Positions 63,010 through 64,000 of a stretch of DNA of 64,000 nucleotides are shown piece after piece. Under the pieces are notes generated by a model. That model saw only the letters and a program-made list of their open reading frames with translations. It was not told the origin of the DNA and did not search any database. The translations under genes were made by a program, and so were the position numbers. The stretch is from an uncultured Gemmatimonadales bacterium (GTDB lineage: Bacteria > Gemmatimonadota > Gemmatimonadetes > Longimicrobiales > Longimicrobiaceae). Within the stretch, counting starts at the first letter, position 1, and each line of letters starts with the position of its first letter. Location of the stretch: the NCBI GenBank assembly GCA_963716255.1, contig OY970303.1, positions 224,001-288,000 on the forward strand, in the 5' to 3' direction.

Positions 63010-63233
63010 AGGCTGGGCCACTCGTCTCGCGGCTTTCGCGGCTCTTCAACACACGAGCGGCCGTTCCCGGCGACTGGAACGGCCGCTCAACCGTTGGGAC
63101 GCGGAAGACGGCCTCGCGTCGGGAACGATGTGGCCGATGGAACCACCGTCCACATGGCGGCAAAACCTCCCACGATTATCTTGCTACCGGCACGGAGCAA
63201 GCCGTGCACCATTCCCCCAACGGAGGTGGCAAG

Positions 63234-63362
63234 ATGAAAGCTCGTATCCTGCTCGTACTTCTCTCCGCTTGTCTCGTTGGCGCGTGTTCCACCAGCGCCA
63301 CCCCGACCTCACCTCCGGATCCATCCAAGGAGAGCAGTCCGGTGATTGGATCCGGGCACTGA
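63234..63362 (+). CDS. Secreted peptide precursor, 42 aa; not in ORF track
   Basis: GGAGG RBS at 63222; MKARILLVLLSACLVGACSTSATPTSPPDPSKESSPVIGSGH*. Confidence 0.8.
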   Translation: MKARILLVLLSACLVGACSTSATPTSPPDPSKESSPVIGSGH

Positions 63363-63405
63363 CGGTACCCTCGCCAGAGCGAACGGGACCGCGAGCGGTC
63401 GCGAA

Positions 63406-64000
63406 CTAGCCGACCTGAGCGATCGCCCGCGGTCCCCGAAGTACCTCGACGAACCGGGTAGCGAGACGGACGGAAGCCGTGGAGGCGACTCCACGGGGTC
63501 CCGCGATCTGTCCATCGCCCTGGAGTGCCGAGACCAGTGATCCGGCCTGCTCGGCCACCTTTTGCTGCTTCCGCTCGACTGCGAACTCCAATGCTTTTCG
63601 AGCGGCCCGCTCCGCGCGCTTGAGCTCGCCCATGTACGCCGCGCCATACGCAAGGTCGAGAAGCACGCCCGGCGCATTGGATTCCACGCTCTTTCCCCAG
63701 AGAAGTGTCCACGCCTCGGACCAGGCCTGCTCGAACACATAGGGAGCATCCGCTCCTCCGGCTGCACGAGCGACGTCCGCCAGCACGAGAAGGCGGAGAG
63801 GCAGAGAGGCGACCAGGGGCAGCACGGCACTGGCAACCGCGAGCGCTTCCCCGAAGCGCCCGGAGAGAGTCCAGTTGTACGCCACGTCCAGAGCCAGGTT
63901 GAGGAGCGCGGGGCTTGTCGCGGGATATGCGGAAAGTGCCGCCTCCGCGTACTCCTCCGCTTTGGAACCGTTGCCACACTCGATTTCGATCCCGAACAGG
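63406..64000 (-). CDS. TPR-like helical repeat protein (paralog 2), 5' part beyond the window
   Basis: Frame open to the window edge: [54 protein letters not shown]. Confidence 0.85.
   Translation of the reverse strand, partial: LFGIEIECGNGSKAEEYAEAALSAYPATSPALLNLALDVAYNWTLSGRFGEALAVASAVLPLVASLPLRLLVLADVARAAGGADAPYVFEQAWSEAWTLLWGKSVESNAPGVLLDLAYGAAYMGELKRAERAARKALEFAVERKQQKVAEQAGSLVSALQGDGQIAGPRGVASTASVRLATRFVEVLRGPRAIAQVG

Noticed and set aside
63188..63202. GGCACG-N6-GC sigma-54-like motif before the 42-aa peptide
   Set aside because: The -12 element is AAGC rather than TTGC and there is no equivalent before the other precursor; too weak to call.

Overview
A very GC-rich bacterial chromosomal window. 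The gene repertoire (PEP-CTERM proteins, SARP/TolB-like/TPR regulator, stand-alone plug-domain lipoprotein) is suggestive of Gemmatimonadota (Longimicrobium-like); this is an inference. It is mostly housekeeping: ilvE, hisZ-hisG-hisD, hisIE, ilvA, fabF-like, a sigma-70 factor, prs, priA, carB, peptidases, a MoxR/DUF58/BatA operon and two TA pairs. The strongest novel signal is two separate convergent gene pairs, each a TPR-like helical-repeat protein (paralogous to one another) facing an unannotated tiny lipobox-type secreted precursor. The precursors end in a shared motif, hydrophobic-hydrophobic-G-[ST]-G-[NH] (GTGYFGTGN/GTGYLGTGN and SPVIGSGH). This is a candidate peptide-receptor signalling system analogous to RRNPP quorum sensing. 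Intergenic DNA carries three dispersed structured repeat families. Family A has 9 full copies whose 7-bp stem varies freely in sequence but always stays paired, and it shares a core hairpin with family B. Also present are a promoter- and terminator-bounded structured leader RNA upstream of an HNH nuclease, a 6-Cys secreted mini-protein, an HDAC-family protein lacking catalytic residues, and several gene relics. No rRNA, tRNA, CRISPR array or transposase was recognised. Family assignments come from motif recognition by eye; no database searches were run.
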